Assembly: GCA_951406725.2 (NCBI GenBank)
Contig: OX597815.1
Span: forward strand, 39,122,001 to 39,186,000
Length of the DNA stretch: 64,000 nt
Direction of reading: 5' to 3'
DNA from: Octopus vulgaris
Lineage: Eukaryota
Shown one piece after another: positions 61,761 through 64,000 of this stretch. The number at the start of each line of letters is the position of its first letter. Position 1 is the stretch's first letter. The position numbers were made by a program, and so were the translations under genes. Below the pieces are notes generated by a model. That model had not been told where the DNA came from. It searched no databases and saw only the letters and a list, made by a program, of their open reading frames with translations.

Positions 61761-64000
61761 TAGAAGAAATGATAGATAAGCAGTTATAACATGAGATTCA
61801 TGTACCAGACACAGTTAAAAGTTTTATTGGTGATTAGGGTGGCAACAACATTTTGAACAAATTTCTTGAGGGTATGTGAATATATGAGTAGATTTGCTAG
61901 TGGTATGAGAGAAGGCTGTTCTTAACAGCTCGTTCCATCACCTTTGAAGTATTGGAAGTCAAATGCCAAAGAACAGTAGCTGGCAAGCTAAGAAGGGTTA
62001 CCTTTCATGCAACCCTGTTTCCAAAGATCAGGGTATGTACATAGAGAAAGAGAGGAAAGGAGAGATTGAAGAATTCGGTGAGGGCAGAAGCGAGTTCCAA
62101 GGCTCTTTCTTTGAGATTACTGAAAAGGGCACTATCAAGATCTAAAGCCTAGTTGAGTTTGAAAGAAACCAGAAGTACTTTTGCAAAGATATTAGTGAAT
62201 ATAAAAAAATTACTGAAATTTATTAGAGATGTGATAAGAGATTTTATGTTGTAGACCATGCATAAGTGCTCAACAGGTTAAATTAAGAATCACAGCCAAC
62301 AGATAAAGTAGAAAATAGCTTTACGTGAAACCTACAACAGAGAGCAAACTATTAGTTTTGGTTATGTAATGCATGCCAAGCAATCTGGGAAAAAGATTTT
62401 ATCAAAATATTTAATAGCATTAATCTTTCAAAAGTACTTAACAGCAATATTATTCTATGACTGTTGGGTGGGAAATGTTGACACTTAAATTTTGTTCCAG
62501 AAAATCTATTGAAACTATTTCATATGCATAAACAGTACTTGTATGTTTCTTTGGTTTCTGTGTATAGCACAGAAATACATTAATATAGTTTATTCAAATA
62601 TTATGTTTATCATAGAAATATATTTTTATATCATCTCTGAAAAGTCTTAAAATATCTCAGAAAATTTGGCAAAATATATATTGTTCTAAGACAAATATAT
62701 TCACTTTAGACAAATTACACATTTCAGATTATTTCAAGGTGATGAGTGTGAAAACAGTGAGCTATAAGAATGCTACATTTTGTAGACTGTAATTACAAAC
62801 TGCTTAAATACATGAATTGATTCTAATTCAATTAGGAGATAATGCTTCAAAAGCATACATTATGGCTAAATAACTGTTTCAATCTCGTATTTTAAAAGAC
62901 AATGTTGACTAAATGAGTTTGAAAACAATTACGGGTGCAATTGCTAATGCTTTTATTTTGGTGTGCAATAATGGTATACAAAAGAGCAAAAACCTGATAA
63001 CAATGAATGCCTGATGTATTATTGTTTCATACTATTCACTAACTACTGTAAAACTGGCATTATATAAGTATTAATAATAACAGGATGGTACAATTGCATT
63101 GTGCAGTAATATAATAATAATAATGCCAGTTAGTATTACAGTAAAACACTAAAACTTTAAAGACAACTCAGTTTTTAAAAAATTAATCACTAATTTGACA
63201 ATATAGTACATTTTCTAATAAGAAAGATACAACTAATAGGATTCAAATCTGTGAGGCAAATCCTATGAATGAAATCTACTAAAACAAGATTAAAATAGAC
63301 CACATCAAGGTTTGAAAGCAACCCTACATTTTTACAAGCAATTCACAAACAAAGGTTGAATGAACATCTAACCAATTCTGCATCTTCTCTAAAAGAATAC
63401 CTATCAAATAAGAGGATAGCTGATTTCAATAAATCTGTATTCATTAGCTAACTATCAGCAACATCTTGACAAAATGTAACTTGAGAGATATATTTTTTCT
63501 ACTGTGGGTGGTATCAGGAATTATGACTGATATATGATAATTGTAATTTAACATTTATCAAATTTCCTGGTACTTAAATGAATACTAATTTTCCAAATAA
63601 AAATACTTATCTTCAAATTAAAACAAGTTTCTCATTTGAATAACTCCTCCCTTAATTACTCTCATTTACTACCTCTCCTCTTCTTCAGTTCATTGTGTGT
63701 ATGTGTGTGTGTAGCATTCCTCTACTCCTTGCATATCACCAAACCTTTTATCTACCCTCAACCTGATGTTAACTCTCACTGTATTTTTCCTTTCTTTCTT
63801 TCTTCTTTTTTACTTTCTATACGATGTAAAGGATGACTAGAGGAATCAACTAACAAAGCAACCAATATTTATATCAGCCATTATTATACAGAGATGATTA
63901 TTTCATCTTTTGTGGAGTAGGACAAGTGTAGCCAAAGTTAATAGGTAAATGAAATAACTACTTAATAGACATTCACAACAGACATTGATAAATTAACATC

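Overview
Eukaryotic, AT-rich, repeat-dense genomic DNA. It is most likely a coleoid cephalopod (Octopus-like), inferred from the tRNA-derived SINEs, RTE-type LINE tails and microsatellite load, and not confirmed by a search. The whole window lies inside one minus-strand gene encoding a myosin phosphatase targeting subunit (MYPT1/PPP1R12A family; Drosophila Mbs). I reconstructed 16 GT-AG exons by hand between 36983 and 533, and their phases chain into one open frame. They encode the C-terminal ankyrin repeats, an acidic region, S445- and S472/473-type sites, a Ser/Thr-rich region and both ROCK inhibitory sites (RRSTQG, RRSTG). I did not find the first exons (RVxF motif) or the last exons (leucine zipper), so 36984-64000 appears to be one long intron. 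Introns hold two decayed mariner transposons, hAT and piggyBac MITEs with intact target-site duplications, RTE/CR1 LINE fragments, SINEs and a Gypsy-like remnant. The most notable signals are a type-I hammerhead ribozyme motif with an expanded stem II and palindromic stem III inside a hAT element (31372-31495), a ~370-bp foldback in the intron upstream of the T696 exon, candidate recursive splice sites in the long intron, and several candidate alternative exons. No prokaryotic-type systems are present.
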